From a virus (Duplodnaviria; Caudoviricetes): a DNA stretch of 64,000 bases. The stretch is from positions 444 through 64,443 of the IMG/VR virus record IMGVR_UViG_2551306416_000003. One strand, 5' to 3'. The translations under genes were made by a program, and so were the position numbers. Of this stretch, positions 28,420 to 38,498 are shown piece after piece. Below the pieces are notes generated by a model, which saw nothing but the letters and a program-made list of their open reading frames with translations, searched no databases and was not told the origin of the DNA. Every line of letters starts with the position of its first letter. The first letter of the stretch is position 1.

Positions 28420-29082
28420 ATGTCAGAAAAAATAGAAGCACAGGGCGATATCGGCCAGATTATCGAAGGCAACGTTCATGAGGCGCCGCGGTTTAATAAC
28501 GTGGTAAATCTGAACTTGAGCGAAGCCAAAAAGGAAGTGCAAAGAATTACTGAGTACCAGAGAAAAAGAATCAATATGTTGGTGAAGGAGTGGGCAGCGA
28601 TATGCGGTGATAAAGAGATCGAAATTTATAAAATTTTCATCGCAGATTATGGCATCCAGTATTTCCGAGAATTACCTATCGAGCATTACACGAAGGTCAA
28701 GGAGACACTCGAAGGTTGGATTGATGCGGGTACCGCGAAAACTGATCGAGCGTTAGATCAAGCGCGTCTGCTGCCGCCGACCTGCGAACAGCACAAGGCC
28801 CATGAATGTGCGGTCTGTAGCGAAAAGGACATAGCGATCGCCCGAGCGCAGAAACAAGTGTTCATCAATTGGTTGCTAGTTTTGGTTCTGATTATGACTT
28901 GCGGATGGCTACTCTACAAAATGCCCGCGCCGGTTGAGCCGGAGCAGGTTGCAGACAATACCTGCTATTTCGAAGGCAAGGCGTACACGACAGGATTCAC
29001 TATCAGATCAGAAGGCGACTTGCGCCAAGAATGCATCTTCGATGCCACGAGCGGTAAATCGCTTTGGTCGAAACCAAGATAG
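28420..29082 (+). CDS. Membrane-anchored hypothetical protein with periplasmic Cys-pair domain
   Basis: Paralog of 8169-8696 plus C-terminal CYFEGKAYTTG..IRSEG..QEC. Confidence 0.75.
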   Translation: MSEKIEAQGDIGQIIEGNVHEAPRFNNVVNLNLSEAKKEVQRITEYQRKRINMLVKEWAAICGDKEIEIYKIFIADYGIQYFRELPIEHYTKVKETLEGWIDAGTAKTDRALDQARLLPPTCEQHKAHECAVCSEKDIAIARAQKQVFINWLLVLVLIMTCGWLLYKMPAPVEPEQVADNTCYFEGKAYTTGFTIRSEGDLRQECIFDATSGKSLWSKPR

Positions 29083-29140
29083 TCAGTCGAAATTGTTTTC
29101 TAAAATGATCGTGACTCCGCTTTCTGGATGAGGCTACAGA

Positions 29141-30061
29141 CTAACTAGATTTTCCTTCGACCCGATTGCGCCCATTCGCTTTGGCTCGATAGAGATGTTG
29201 ATCAGCCTCGAAGAACAGGCTCTCAGGCGAGATGCTATCGGTAATCTCTAAGGTAGACACGCCGATACTCGCTGTGACAGTGCCAAAAGACGATCCACTG
29301 TGTGGAATTGCCAGATCTTGGATTGCTTGTCTTAGTCTTTCACCAAATCCCAAAACATTTTTTGGGGACATGCCCGGCAGAATGCAGACAAATTCTTCTC
29401 CTCCGTATCTCGCAGCTAATTCATTCGTAGATTGAATTGATGCACTTATCGTGGCTGCTACGCGTTTTAAGCAATGATCGCCTTGTATATGCCCATATAG
29501 ATCATTGAATGCCTTGAAATAATCAACGTCGATAAGAACCAAAGAAAAAGGAATTTTCTGCTCAATAGCACGTTGAAGCTCTCTTTTAAACACCTCGTCA
29601 AAATGACGTCGATTCCCCAATTGGGTTAGGTCGTCGGTAATGCTCAGCAAATAGATTTGCTTGTTCAGTGCGAGCAGTGAGGCTTCAGTACGCTTCCTTT
29701 CAGAGATATTTCGAACGATAGAGCAATTGAATTTTTTTCCTTCAAATTGAACTAGGCTTGCGTTCACTTCAATTGGAATAATCTGTCCAGATTTGTTCCT
29801 GTTGGTCGTTTCCAAACAAACGGACCGCTTTATCTCAAGCTCCTTCCAATGATCCTTCCAGCGTACCTCGTCAAAGTCTGGATCAATATCACAGACTCTC
29901 AATTGTCCTAGCTCTTGAGATGTATAGCCTAAAAACTCTGTGGCGGCCTTATTGACGAATACGTAATATCCGTCTTCGTCGAGCCAAATAATCATGTCGC
30001 TCACTGCGTCAATTGAATATAACGCTAGCTCGGCCCCAAGTTCCGGTAATGTCGATCTCAT
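29141..30061 (-). CDS. PAS-GGDEF diguanylate cyclase (prophage moron)
   Basis: PAS (FVNKAATEFLGY...G.IIPIEV), TDDLTQLGNRR, DVDYFKAFNDLYGHIQGD, ARYGGEEF. Confidence 0.95.
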   Translation of the reverse strand: MRSTLPELGAELALYSIDAVSDMIIWLDEDGYYVFVNKAATEFLGYTSQELGQLRVCDIDPDFDEVRWKDHWKELEIKRSVCLETTNRNKSGQIIPIEVNASLVQFEGKKFNCSIVRNISERKRTEASLLALNKQIYLLSITDDLTQLGNRRHFDEVFKRELQRAIEQKIPFSLVLIDVDYFKAFNDLYGHIQGDHCLKRVAATISASIQSTNELAARYGGEEFVCILPGMSPKNVLGFGERLRQAIQDLAIPHSGSSFGTVTASIGVSTLEITDSISPESLFFEADQHLYRAKANGRNRVEGKSS

Positions 30062-30231
30062 TTGCTTATACGCCTTGATGCCTCTGCAATGCTGCTGAGA
30101 AAATATTGGTAGTCGACATTCTATTTAATTTCTTTGAGGCATCCTTCGCCCCCAAACAGCGGCATAAATGGGGGAGAAGGTACGTTTTGAGTACAGAGTA
30201 GATATGATATATCAGTGACAATGAGACCTTT

Positions 30232-31461
30232 CTAGTCTGTACTGTTCTCCCTAATAATCTCACGGACCTCCTTGATTTTGGCCCATTCCAGAGCAGCGGC
30301 GCGAGCAGCACTTTGCTTGGTGGCATAGATCCGTTTCAGTGTCTTGGCGTTGTCGGCCTTGCCTGCCAGCTCAGTGCCCTTGTTATTTTTCTTCTTTGCT
30401 TTGTCGTACCAATCCGCTTTCACGCCAGTGATGCCTTCCTCTGGATCGTGGTCAAGTTCACGCTCGGTGTCGGCCGGCTCAGATTTGGTTTCGAACTCAA
30501 TGCGCGTAGTAAAACCGCTGCCGCTGATCGAGTGCGTTACCGTTTTCGATAGCCATTCTGTCGCGTCGATGTCCGCCTTGAATCCGGTGACCACCACGGG
30601 TGATTGCGGCATGATGTTGGCATTCCCCAGTGCAAGCTGCATCTCGAAGGTGGCCAAGCCACGTTCAATACGCTGCCACTCGGCCACAGCGGCAGTACGC
30701 GCATCAGCCTCATTCGCAAAGGTCGTGCGCAGGCGCTTGCTGTTGCCAGCCTGGCCGGCGACCACGCTGCGCCGCCGTCCGTATTTCTCATCCATCCAGA
30801 AAGCGCGCACGCCGCTATAAGTATCCGACTCCGAGCTGTGATAGCGGTGCTGGTCACCCAGCGCACGCACCACCTTGACCACCGGCAACGGCTTACCGCT
30901 TGCAGTGCGGCCTTCGTTGATCGGCATGAATAGCAGCGTGTCATTTTTCACCGTGGCCACGGCATCATATTTCTTGCCCAGGCGGCGCAGCAGTGCAGAG
31001 TCGCTTTCATGGGTCTGGTCCAGGTGCTTGATGGCGATGCCACGCAGGCTGGCCGAGATACCGGACGCCAAGCCATTGCCGGCAGCGATGGCATCCACCA
31101 CTGCGCCAAGCGTGGTCTCATGGAAACTGCGGTCACGCTGCTGACGGAATGCGTCGATCATGCTGGCCGACCTGGCACGAATGGTGAGCCGATCCGGCGC
31201 GCCGCTGTGCTCCACCTCAGAAACCACGAACGCGCCCTTGTCCACCAATGGGGAGCCCAGCCAGCCCAACGCAAATTGCAGCTTCGCGCCTTTGGGCGGG
31301 ATCTTCAGCTTGCCGTCGCTATCGTCCAGCTCGATATCCAACTGGTCCGCTTCATCACCCCGGCACTCGCGCAGGGTGATGCTGATAAGCCGGTCAGAGA
31401 CCGGGCGGCTAATGTCCTTCTCTTCGATGACGATGCGGAATGCCGGCGCGGTGGTGGTCAT
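30232..31461 (-). CDS. P2 gpD-like tail/baseplate hub protein
   Basis: DEADQLDIELDDSDG...IKHLDQTHESD..LL.RL...YDAVATVK. Confidence 0.92.
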   Translation of the reverse strand: MTTTAPAFRIVIEEKDISRPVSDRLISITLRECRGDEADQLDIELDDSDGKLKIPPKGAKLQFALGWLGSPLVDKGAFVVSEVEHSGAPDRLTIRARSASMIDAFRQQRDRSFHETTLGAVVDAIAAGNGLASGISASLRGIAIKHLDQTHESDSALLRRLGKKYDAVATVKNDTLLFMPINEGRTASGKPLPVVKVVRALGDQHRYHSSESDTYSGVRAFWMDEKYGRRRSVVAGQAGNSKRLRTTFANEADARTAAVAEWQRIERGLATFEMQLALGNANIMPQSPVVVTGFKADIDATEWLSKTVTHSISGSGFTTRIEFETKSEPADTERELDHDPEEGITGVKADWYDKAKKKNNKGTELAGKADNAKTLKRIYATKQSAARAAALEWAKIKEVREIIRENSTD

Positions 31462-32105
31462 TGTCCGAGTCCCCCGATCTTGCCGGCGACAGAACTGGCC
31501 GCACCGCTCACGGCGCCAGACGCATTGCTGATAGCGCCCTTGGCGCTACTCACCGCCCCAGCCACACCACCGACCTTCCCGACAATCGCCCCGGCAGCAC
31601 TGGTCACGCCACCGATTGCACTACCCACCACATTGCGCGCCTTGTCGGCGATGCTATTGGTGATGCCGTCGATGTTGACCATATTGCGCAGGTCGGAGAT
31701 ATCGCCCAGGCCCAGCGCTGACAGCACGCTATCGTCGGTGCGCTTGAGTTTGATGGTGAACTCGATGCGCTTGGCGTCGCCGTCCCCGTCCAGCACCGTG
31801 CGGCCTTCGTCCATGCTCTCGATGACGTAGGAGCCATAGATGCGCCCGGTTCCCTGGATCAAGAACCAGCTCTTGCCGGTGTCGGCCATGAGGCGCAGGG
31901 CATCGAGCGAGAACGCGCTACCGGTCAGCTCAGGGGCAATCCAGCCCGACAAGGTGATGGCGTCATCGCCCTTGCCGGTGAATTGCAGCGCATCGCGCCG
32001 GCCCACGCGCGAATTGCTGGCGAACTTCCACTGCGTTTGCCGTTGCAGTTCCTGGTAGGCGAGCGTGGGCAGGCTGAAGACGAACATTCCCAAGACCATC
32101 ATCAT
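31458..32105 (-). CDS. P2 gpU-like tail protein with Ala/Gly/Ser-rich extension
   Basis: MMMVLGMFVFSL.TLAYQELQR...R.G.R...QFTG.GDD.ITLSG. Confidence 0.9.
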   Translation of the reverse strand: MMMVLGMFVFSLPTLAYQELQRQTQWKFASNSRVGRRDALQFTGKGDDAITLSGWIAPELTGSAFSLDALRLMADTGKSWFLIQGTGRIYGSYVIESMDEGRTVLDGDGDAKRIEFTIKLKRTDDSVLSALGLGDISDLRNMVNIDGITNSIADKARNVVGSAIGGVTSAAGAIVGKVGGVAGAVSSAKGAISNASGAVSGAASSVAGKIGGLGQ

Positions 32106-32116
32106 GATGTGATTCC

Positions 32117-34741
32117 TTAATCCCAATCGGCGAGGTTTGAACGCTGGCGCGATGCCTTCATGCGGTCGCGGCGATCCAGCTCGGCGGCCACCGCCCGGGC
32201 GATGGCTTGCTCATCCATGCCGGGCGCCGGCTGGATGATGATCTGCACCGTGTCGCCCTGGTAGACGACAGGCTGTGCGCTGCTGCCGCTGATGGGCGGG
32301 CGACTATCAAAGGCCATCGCCGGCACGCTGCCGGCACCGATGGCTACAGCGGCGCCAGCACTGGCCAGCTTGCCGGCAAGGCTGCTGACGGTGGACAGCG
32401 GGCCATCCTGGCCACGATTGAGCCCCACGGCCAGGCCCTGCATGGTGTAGTCGCCCAGCTCGGCAAAGACGCGGCTAGGGCTATGGATGTCCAGCTTTTC
32501 CTTGAACCATCCAATGACGCTGGCGCCCGCACCCAACACGGCATCCTTCACGGCACCAATGCCGCTGGTGATGCCGTTGACCAGGCCGCGGAGCATCATG
32601 GCGCCGAACTCGGTAAATTTTGCTGGCAGTTCGATACCGAACCAGCCCAGCACGCCCGCGAAAGCCTGGTAGAACAGCCCAGCCGGCGACCAGTTCACGA
32701 TCAGCGCGGCAACGCCGGCCAGGCCGCCCGCAAAGGCGCTGCGGACCTGTTGCCATAGGTTGCTGAAGAAACCGGCAATAGGCTCCCAATTGCGGTACAG
32801 CAGATAGGCGGCCACAGCAATGGCGGTTACCGCCAGGCCAATCGGGTTCATCAGGAACACACGCCCCAGCCACATGAAGACCGTCCCGATGCCGCGCAGG
32901 ATGGGCATGAGTAGACTGCCCTGCAAGCCGATCTTGGCGAACAGGACGTGGAGCATGGCATAGGGGCCGATGACGGAGGCCATGGCCAGCATCAGCGGTC
33001 CCATCACCACCAGAATGGCGGCGATAGTGCTGAAACCCACAATCATGGCTTTGGCCATGGTCGGGTTGCGCTCCATGAAGCCCGATAGCGCCTGGACGGC
33101 ATTGGCGGCCATCTGCAGGCCGGACGCATAGAGCGGCAGTATCTTGGTTCCCATCTCCAGCTTCAGGTCAGCCACTTTGGCCAGGGCTTCCAATTCCTTG
33201 CCGCTGGCTGTTTCCCGCCCGAGCTTGTCCAGTTCGTCGATATTGGCGGCGCCCCGGTTCAGTTTCTCGTTTTTGTGGATCTGCGCGCGCTGCTGGTACA
33301 TCGTGGAAAAGAGCTGCGCGGCCGTGCGGTTCGAGAAAATCCCGCCGATGGCATCGAGGATGCCTTTTTCGTCGGTGATGCCCTTACTGGCCAATTGTGG
33401 CAACAGTACCTTTTCCATCCATTCGAATTGATTCTCGCGGAAGAGGTCCGCGCCCTTGATGGCGCCCGGATTCAGGAACGAGACCTGGCCGGCCTTGTCA
33501 TGCTTGACCTTCGATTGGTCGCCAATCAGGCCCAGGTCCGACAGCATGGAAATGGAACGCTTGGTGGTGCGACCCTGATACAGGTTTTGGTAAGCGCTCA
33601 TCATGGACGTGCCGACCCGGTTACCGCCCATTTCCTGCACCAGAGATTCCATCTGATAATAAAAGGATTCATCCTTGAGCCCCTTCGCTGCGATACCACC
33701 GGTCTTGATCAGGTTCAACCACTCACCGGGGCCGACCCGGCCACCGGTGGCGGTCAGCACCTGCTGCACCATGTTGGCTTGCTTGGAGAACGTACCAATG
33801 TCCTTGGTGCCGTTGCGCATTTCGATGACCTTCAGCATGTCCATGAACTTGCGCTCGTTCTCCGCGCCTTCTTCTTCGCCATAGAAGGCGTGATTGCCGA
33901 ATTTCATCTTGGCCATCATGGGGGCGACCATTTCGGCGTGATGCGTATCACCAAAAGCGGTGATGCCATCGCGCAGCAATTGCAGGTTGTCGAGCTGGCT
34001 GGTGCCGTAGGTTTTCATCTCGCGCGCGAACTTGATCGCCTCTGCGGTCGCGGCCGGTCCCAGGCCGAGCGCACGCACCCGGCCGTTCTCGGTCTCGTAG
34101 TGCTTGGCCTCTTTCAGTCCGGCCAGGAGTGGCGCGCCCACGGCCGCGCCGCTGGCGGTAGCACCCACCCCGGCCGCAGCCAGTCCACCCGCCGTGCTGC
34201 GCAGCTTGTCGGCGCGCTGGCGAGCGTTGGCCATGACCTGCTGCTGACGATGGCTGGCGGTCAGCTTCTTCTGCTGGTCGGCCAATTCGGCATTGGTAGC
34301 GGCGATGCTGTTCTTGAGCCAGGTCTGTGCGTTGGCGAGCTGGCGCGATCCAATGCCGGCGTCGGTCAGGCGCTCGCGCAAGGCGCGATACTGGACACTC
34401 TGTTTCTCGCTGGCCTCTTGGAGCGACTTGACGCTGCGCACTGCGGCGTTAAATTCGCGCGTCATGGCGCGAGTAGGATTCTCGGTGGCCTTCATCTTGG
34501 CCGCCAGATCGGTAACGCGCTGCTGTGCGGTGGCCAGCTCGGCACTGGTCTTGCGCATTCCCTGGTGCAGCTCGCGCAGGCCGTTGAGGTCGTTCTGTTG
34601 CTTGTTCAGCTCGCGCAGGCGGTCACTGGTGTCTTTGAGTGCCTTGCCGGTATCTTTGGCGCCGCTGGAGATTTTCTTCAGCGGGGCGGTGATTTTCTCC
34701 ATCATCGAGAAAACCACCTGCATTTTCAGTTCGTTTGCCAT
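32117..34741 (-). CDS. Tail tape measure protein (gpT)
   Basis: 874 aa, coiled-coil N-terminus, hydrophobic middle, DIHSPSRVF motif. Confidence 0.95.
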   Translation of the reverse strand: MANELKMQVVFSMMEKITAPLKKISSGAKDTGKALKDTSDRLRELNKQQNDLNGLRELHQGMRKTSAELATAQQRVTDLAAKMKATENPTRAMTREFNAAVRSVKSLQEASEKQSVQYRALRERLTDAGIGSRQLANAQTWLKNSIAATNAELADQQKKLTASHRQQQVMANARQRADKLRSTAGGLAAAGVGATASGAAVGAPLLAGLKEAKHYETENGRVRALGLGPAATAEAIKFAREMKTYGTSQLDNLQLLRDGITAFGDTHHAEMVAPMMAKMKFGNHAFYGEEEGAENERKFMDMLKVIEMRNGTKDIGTFSKQANMVQQVLTATGGRVGPGEWLNLIKTGGIAAKGLKDESFYYQMESLVQEMGGNRVGTSMMSAYQNLYQGRTTKRSISMLSDLGLIGDQSKVKHDKAGQVSFLNPGAIKGADLFRENQFEWMEKVLLPQLASKGITDEKGILDAIGGIFSNRTAAQLFSTMYQQRAQIHKNEKLNRGAANIDELDKLGRETASGKELEALAKVADLKLEMGTKILPLYASGLQMAANAVQALSGFMERNPTMAKAMIVGFSTIAAILVVMGPLMLAMASVIGPYAMLHVLFAKIGLQGSLLMPILRGIGTVFMWLGRVFLMNPIGLAVTAIAVAAYLLYRNWEPIAGFFSNLWQQVRSAFAGGLAGVAALIVNWSPAGLFYQAFAGVLGWFGIELPAKFTEFGAMMLRGLVNGITSGIGAVKDAVLGAGASVIGWFKEKLDIHSPSRVFAELGDYTMQGLAVGLNRGQDGPLSTVSSLAGKLASAGAAVAIGAGSVPAMAFDSRPPISGSSAQPVVYQGDTVQIIIQPAPGMDEQAIARAVAAELDRRDRMKASRQRSNLADWD

Positions 34742-34913
34742 CTATTCCGCCCCGCTTCGTACCCTGGCGCGCTCGCGCCACTTCATGAGGTCTGCTAGTT
34801 CCAGCTCATCCATCGCGGCCGGTGGCCAGTGGAACACCGTCGCGATGTCGGCCATTGCGTCTTCTACTTCGATTGGGAGACCAAGGCGCGGTCCGCCTTC
34901 GGTGCCAAAAAAA
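34742..34913 (-). CDS. gpE' (read through a -1 frameshift from gpE)
   Basis: DAMADIATVFHWPP..MDEL.L.DLM.WRERA. Confidence 0.85.
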
Positions 34914-35181
34914 CAGAGACTTCCATGCCGCACTTGATCAGGTCAGCCGGGTCCATTGCGGCCACGTCGAACTGCGTCAGCGCCGGCTCGCTGATGCGTG
35001 GCAGCACCACCTGCAGGGCGCTCACGTTCATGTTCATCAGATCCATCAAGCTCACGCCACGCAAGGCACCGGACTTCGGACGGCGCAAGGTGAGTTCGGT
35101 GATTTGGGTAGTGCCGCGCGTGAGCGGTTCGTCCAGTTCGACAACAACGGTTTCGATCTTGGCGGGGGTGGTGGTGGTCAT
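34864..35181 (-). CDS. Tail assembly chaperone gpE
   Basis: LDEPL.RG...I...TLRRP.SG.LRGVSL. Confidence 0.9.
   Translation of the reverse strand: MTTTTPAKIETVVVELDEPLTRGTTQITELTLRRPKSGALRGVSLMDLMNMNVSALQVVLPRISEPALTQFDVAAMDPADLIKCGMEVSVFLAPKADRALVSQSK
34906..34914 (-). other. Programmed -1 frameshift slippery site GTTTTTTTG
   Basis: T7 run near the end of gpE that joins the E' frame, as in P2 E/E'. Confidence 0.8.
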
Positions 35182-35240
35182 GGCGTTTCCTTGTCAGAGA
35201 GAAAAATCGAAGAACCAGGCGGCCTGATGCCGCCCGGTGG

Positions 35241-35750
35241 TTACAGGCCGATGGCCTTGCGGATATCGGCGCGGCGGTCCACGCCGCCGACGATTTCGAT
35301 ACCGTTCATGAAGTCGAAATCGAAAATCACCTCGTTATCGATGGTGAGCTTGTAGGCGCTCAGAGGCATACTGAACTTGTGCGAGGTGTCGTCGCCACTT
35401 TTGGCATTGCCCATATCCACTTCTTTATAGCGGCCACGCACGGTGATTTCGACTGCCTGCACGGATGCATCGTCATCGTTCTGATAGGCGCCGGCGAAGC
35501 GCAATTGCACGGCGCCGTGGGTCTTGGCGGCATACTGCTTGAGCGCTTCCTTGACCAGGCCACCGGCCATCCATTCCAGTTGCATGGCTTCCTGGCCCAG
35601 GTCCGCCGAGACCGGGCCGGACATACCGGCCGCGCGGTATTCCTCCATCTTGCGCGACAGCTTGGGCAACGTTACTTCCGTGGCGATCCCGGAATAGTTG
35701 ATGCCGTTCTCGAAAACGTTGAAATCCTTCAGTTTGTGGGGCATACCCAT
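35241..35750 (-). CDS. Tail tube protein (FII)
   Basis: MGMPHKLKDFN...VTLPKL.RKMEEYR..GM. Confidence 0.95.
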   Translation of the reverse strand: MGMPHKLKDFNVFENGINYSGIATEVTLPKLSRKMEEYRAAGMSGPVSADLGQEAMQLEWMAGGLVKEALKQYAAKTHGAVQLRFAGAYQNDDDASVQAVEITVRGRYKEVDMGNAKSGDDTSHKFSMPLSAYKLTIDNEVIFDFDFMNGIEIVGGVDRRADIRKAIGL

Positions 35751-35806
35751 ATTGATGGCTCCTTGAAATAGGAAAAAGCTGGCGGCTAGCACCTGGCCGC
35801 CTAGGC

Positions 35807-36985
35807 TCAGGCGGCAGCGACGCGCGCGGCGAAGTCGGCCAGGTATTGATCGGTAATGCGCTGCTGGAAGAGCAGGTTTTCCACCGGGGGCACCGGGGTG
35901 TAGCCATAGTCGATGGTCAGCTTGCCGGTCTTCAAGGTGTCCTTGTCGTTGAACTGTTCATCGAACCAGGCCTCGCCGTCGATGATGTAGCCGCTGGCCT
36001 TCAGGGAACGGAACTTGGCATTGATGCTGGCCACCAGATCCTTCACCAGCGAGGGCGTCATCGGCAGATCGACGTAGACCATATGCGCTTCGGCGATGGT
36101 GTCGGCCAGCACTTGCGCGGTACGGGTGTAATTCTCGAAGGGGAAGAACCCGCCCTGGATTTCGCAGGTACGCGAGCCCCAGAACCGATAGCCGCTCATG
36201 TTGATGAGGGTGGTGACTTCCTTGGCATTGAGCACGCCGGCATCCGTGGCCGGGTCTTGCAAATCCCAGAACACGTCGCGGCTGATACCGGTCGGGCCAT
36301 TCACCACCACGTTGGACAGGGTCTTGTGCCAGCCGGTCTGTTCGTCGATCTTGGCGCGCAAGCCCAGGGCGTAGGCCACGGCCGAGATACTGGCATCGCT
36401 GCTGGTGGTCGTATCCCAGGACACGAATTCCGGCCAAATCAGCATCACTTCACGCTGCCCGAACTCGGAACGATAGGCGGTCGCTGCGACCACCGTCGCG
36501 CAATTCCAGCAGGAGGCATACACGAAGGCACGCAGAGTCTGCGCAAGGGAGGCCAGTGCATTGGTCACCGCCTTGGTATCCAAGCCAGGCGCGCCTAGGA
36601 TGCGCGGCTTGATACCCAGCTTGGACTGCGCGGCCAGCAGCGCCTTGGCGCCGGTATAGCGGCCTTCCGGGGACACGCCGCCGATGACCAGGCTGGTTTG
36701 CTCGGCCTCGTCTGCGCCTTCGGCCACGCGCACCAGTACAACCAGGGGCTTGGCTTGGGCGGCGATGGCTTCCAGCACGCGGCGCATGGTGCCACGCTTG
36801 CCGGCCTTGGCTTGGGCGGCGACAACATTGGTGATGAGCACGGCCGTGTCCAGAGGGAAGGCGTCTGCGTCGGCGTCGTCGGCCGTGACAATCACGCCGA
36901 TGACGGCGGTAGAGACGGTGCGAATGGGGCGCGTGCCTTCATTGATTTCGATGACGCGCACGCCGTGGTGGTAATCGGCTGGCAT
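35807..36985 (-). CDS. Tail sheath protein (FI)
   Basis: YHHGVRVIEINEGTRPI...GWHKTLSNV...GYRFWGSRT. Confidence 0.96.
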   Translation of the reverse strand: MPADYHHGVRVIEINEGTRPIRTVSTAVIGVIVTADDADADAFPLDTAVLITNVVAAQAKAGKRGTMRRVLEAIAAQAKPLVVLVRVAEGADEAEQTSLVIGGVSPEGRYTGAKALLAAQSKLGIKPRILGAPGLDTKAVTNALASLAQTLRAFVYASCWNCATVVAATAYRSEFGQREVMLIWPEFVSWDTTTSSDASISAVAYALGLRAKIDEQTGWHKTLSNVVVNGPTGISRDVFWDLQDPATDAGVLNAKEVTTLINMSGYRFWGSRTCEIQGGFFPFENYTRTAQVLADTIAEAHMVYVDLPMTPSLVKDLVASINAKFRSLKASGYIIDGEAWFDEQFNDKDTLKTGKLTIDYGYTPVPPVENLLFQQRITDQYLADFAARVAAA

Positions 36986-37009
36986 AGGGATAGCTCCTTG
37001 TGAGTTGGG

Positions 37010-37294
37010 TTAGGCTTGTGCCAGGGTGTCTTCGGCTGGCGCTTCAGGTTCTTCTGTCGGTGCTAGTGGCGGGATTTCTTCGATGATCCATTCGCCAGCA
37101 GTGTCGTATTCCGGGGCCATCGGTTGGAAGGGAGAAACCCAGCGCGCACGCTGGCCATCGGGGACTTCAGGCGGCGCAATCTGGACGGCCATGTACGGCA
37201 CATTGAGGCGCTCTTCCATCGGGAAGGGGTAAGCATCCACTAGGTGGGTAAAAATGCCGTTGTCGTCGGTCTGGTAGCAAGTAGTCGGTGTCAT
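37010..37294 (-). CDS. Tail fibre assembly-like protein
   Basis: CYQTDDNGIF...P..A...APP....Q.ARW. Confidence 0.6.
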   Translation of the reverse strand: MTPTTCYQTDDNGIFTHLVDAYPFPMEERLNVPYMAVQIAPPEVPDGQRARWVSPFQPMAPEYDTAGEWIIEEIPPLAPTEEPEAPAEDTLAQA

Positions 37295-37296
37295 GG

Positions 37297-37953
37297 TCAG
37301 AGATGAATACGTGGGGCGAAGGCTGTGTTCATGCCTCGGGTTTCAGATGCGCTGCGGGTGACCCGCGAAGAGTCAAAGGTGAACTGGTTAAAGTCACCAC
37401 TATTGCCAGTCGGATATGCGGCGTTCCCTGATGCGGCCAGAGCGAATGCACCAATCGCACTCGATTGGATATTGAGAACGGACCCGAAGGTGCCGGTGAT
37501 CTTTTGGAGCGCATCAGCCTGGTAGGAGCCAATTGCACGGGCCTGGTTGGTGTCCGCATTCGTTCCTGTAAAACGTGGCCCCACGTCGCGCAGATCGGGG
37601 AAGCGGAAGGTGTTGGCATCCACATCCGCGAACTTGAAGACCTTGGTCGTCCAAGCACTAGCGGTCACGGCATGGCCATTCTGCTGTGCCCATGCCCATA
37701 TCGAAGCCTGGCCAGTCTTGGAACCCAGGCCGCCTACCAAATCCGCCTCATAGGGGCGAGGCGCCACCGTGGTACCGAACTCCAGTGCGCCGCAGCGCAG
37801 AGTACGGTAGCCCTGGAATGCACCGACTCCTGTCACTTCTACCCATTCCAACCATCCCAGCCCAGGAACATAGATAAGCGTCGCCGCTTTTTCGGTTGGA
37901 ACGGTCTGCAATACCAGGGGGCCTTTGATGATGCTGTCTGCTAATTGGCTCAT
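37297..37953 (-). CDS. Second tail-fibre-like protein (collar and tip)
   Basis: FRFPDLR...F.G...R.IGSYQ.DA.Q.ITG...ETR..NTAF. Confidence 0.75.
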   Translation of the reverse strand: MSQLADSIIKGPLVLQTVPTEKAATLIYVPGLGWLEWVEVTGVGAFQGYRTLRCGALEFGTTVAPRPYEADLVGGLGSKTGQASIWAWAQQNGHAVTASAWTTKVFKFADVDANTFRFPDLRDVGPRFTGTNADTNQARAIGSYQADALQKITGTFGSVLNIQSSAIGAFALAASGNAAYPTGNSGDFNQFTFDSSRVTRSASETRGMNTAFAPRIHL

Positions 37954-37958
37954 GCGCG

Positions 37959-38498
37959 TTACTCCTGAATCTGCGCTTGGAGCGCGTCAATCTTTTGCTG
38001 AATCGACTTCAGCGCAGATGTGTCTCCGTTGAGGGCGAAGGCACGCTGTGCTGCCGGCTGTTCCTGTTGCTCGATGGCCGCGATTTGCGCAGCGATGGCG
38101 GCGTTGTGGGCGTTCTTCGCCGCTGATTGGTCTATCTCCCAGGCTGCCCCATTCCACTTGCCGAACCTCGGCGGCTCCTGGTCGGTTAAACCGGCTTCCT
38201 GAGGTGTCAGGCCCAGGCGGGTGAGTGTTTCTTTCTGGCCCGTATCAGTGCGCCAGTAGATTCCACGGAAATCAGCGACCTCACGCCACGCTCCGGCGCG
38301 GTAGTCATCCGGCGCGGTGCCGTCTTCATCCAGGTAGGCCAGTGCGTGGCCTGGATTGACAAAGCCCGGTGGCGTGTCGATGGTGGCGAAAGCTGGGAGA
38401 CGGAATTCGCCGGACAATTGCGGATCTTCGCGGGCGGTATCGCTTGACAGCAGCTCACCGGTTTCATGGCTGTAGTGAAAAATTTGCATGGCACTCAA
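37959..38498 (-). CDS. Tail fibre assembly chaperone
   Basis: IFHYSHETGELL...DP......LPAFAT...PP...W....DFRG. Confidence 0.75.
   Translation of the reverse strand: MSAMQIFHYSHETGELLSSDTAREDPQLSGEFRLPAFATIDTPPGFVNPGHALAYLDEDGTAPDDYRAGAWREVADFRGIYWRTDTGQKETLTRLGLTPQEAGLTDQEPPRFGKWNGAAWEIDQSAAKNAHNAAIAAQIAAIEQQEQPAAQRAFALNGDTSALKSIQQKIDALQAQIQE

Noticed and set aside
33275-34798. 507-aa plus-strand ORF (also 22702-23595, 23848-25038, 38900-40036, 48935-49711, 52446-53375)
   Set aside because: Antisense shadow frames of GC-rich real genes with no recognisable motifs
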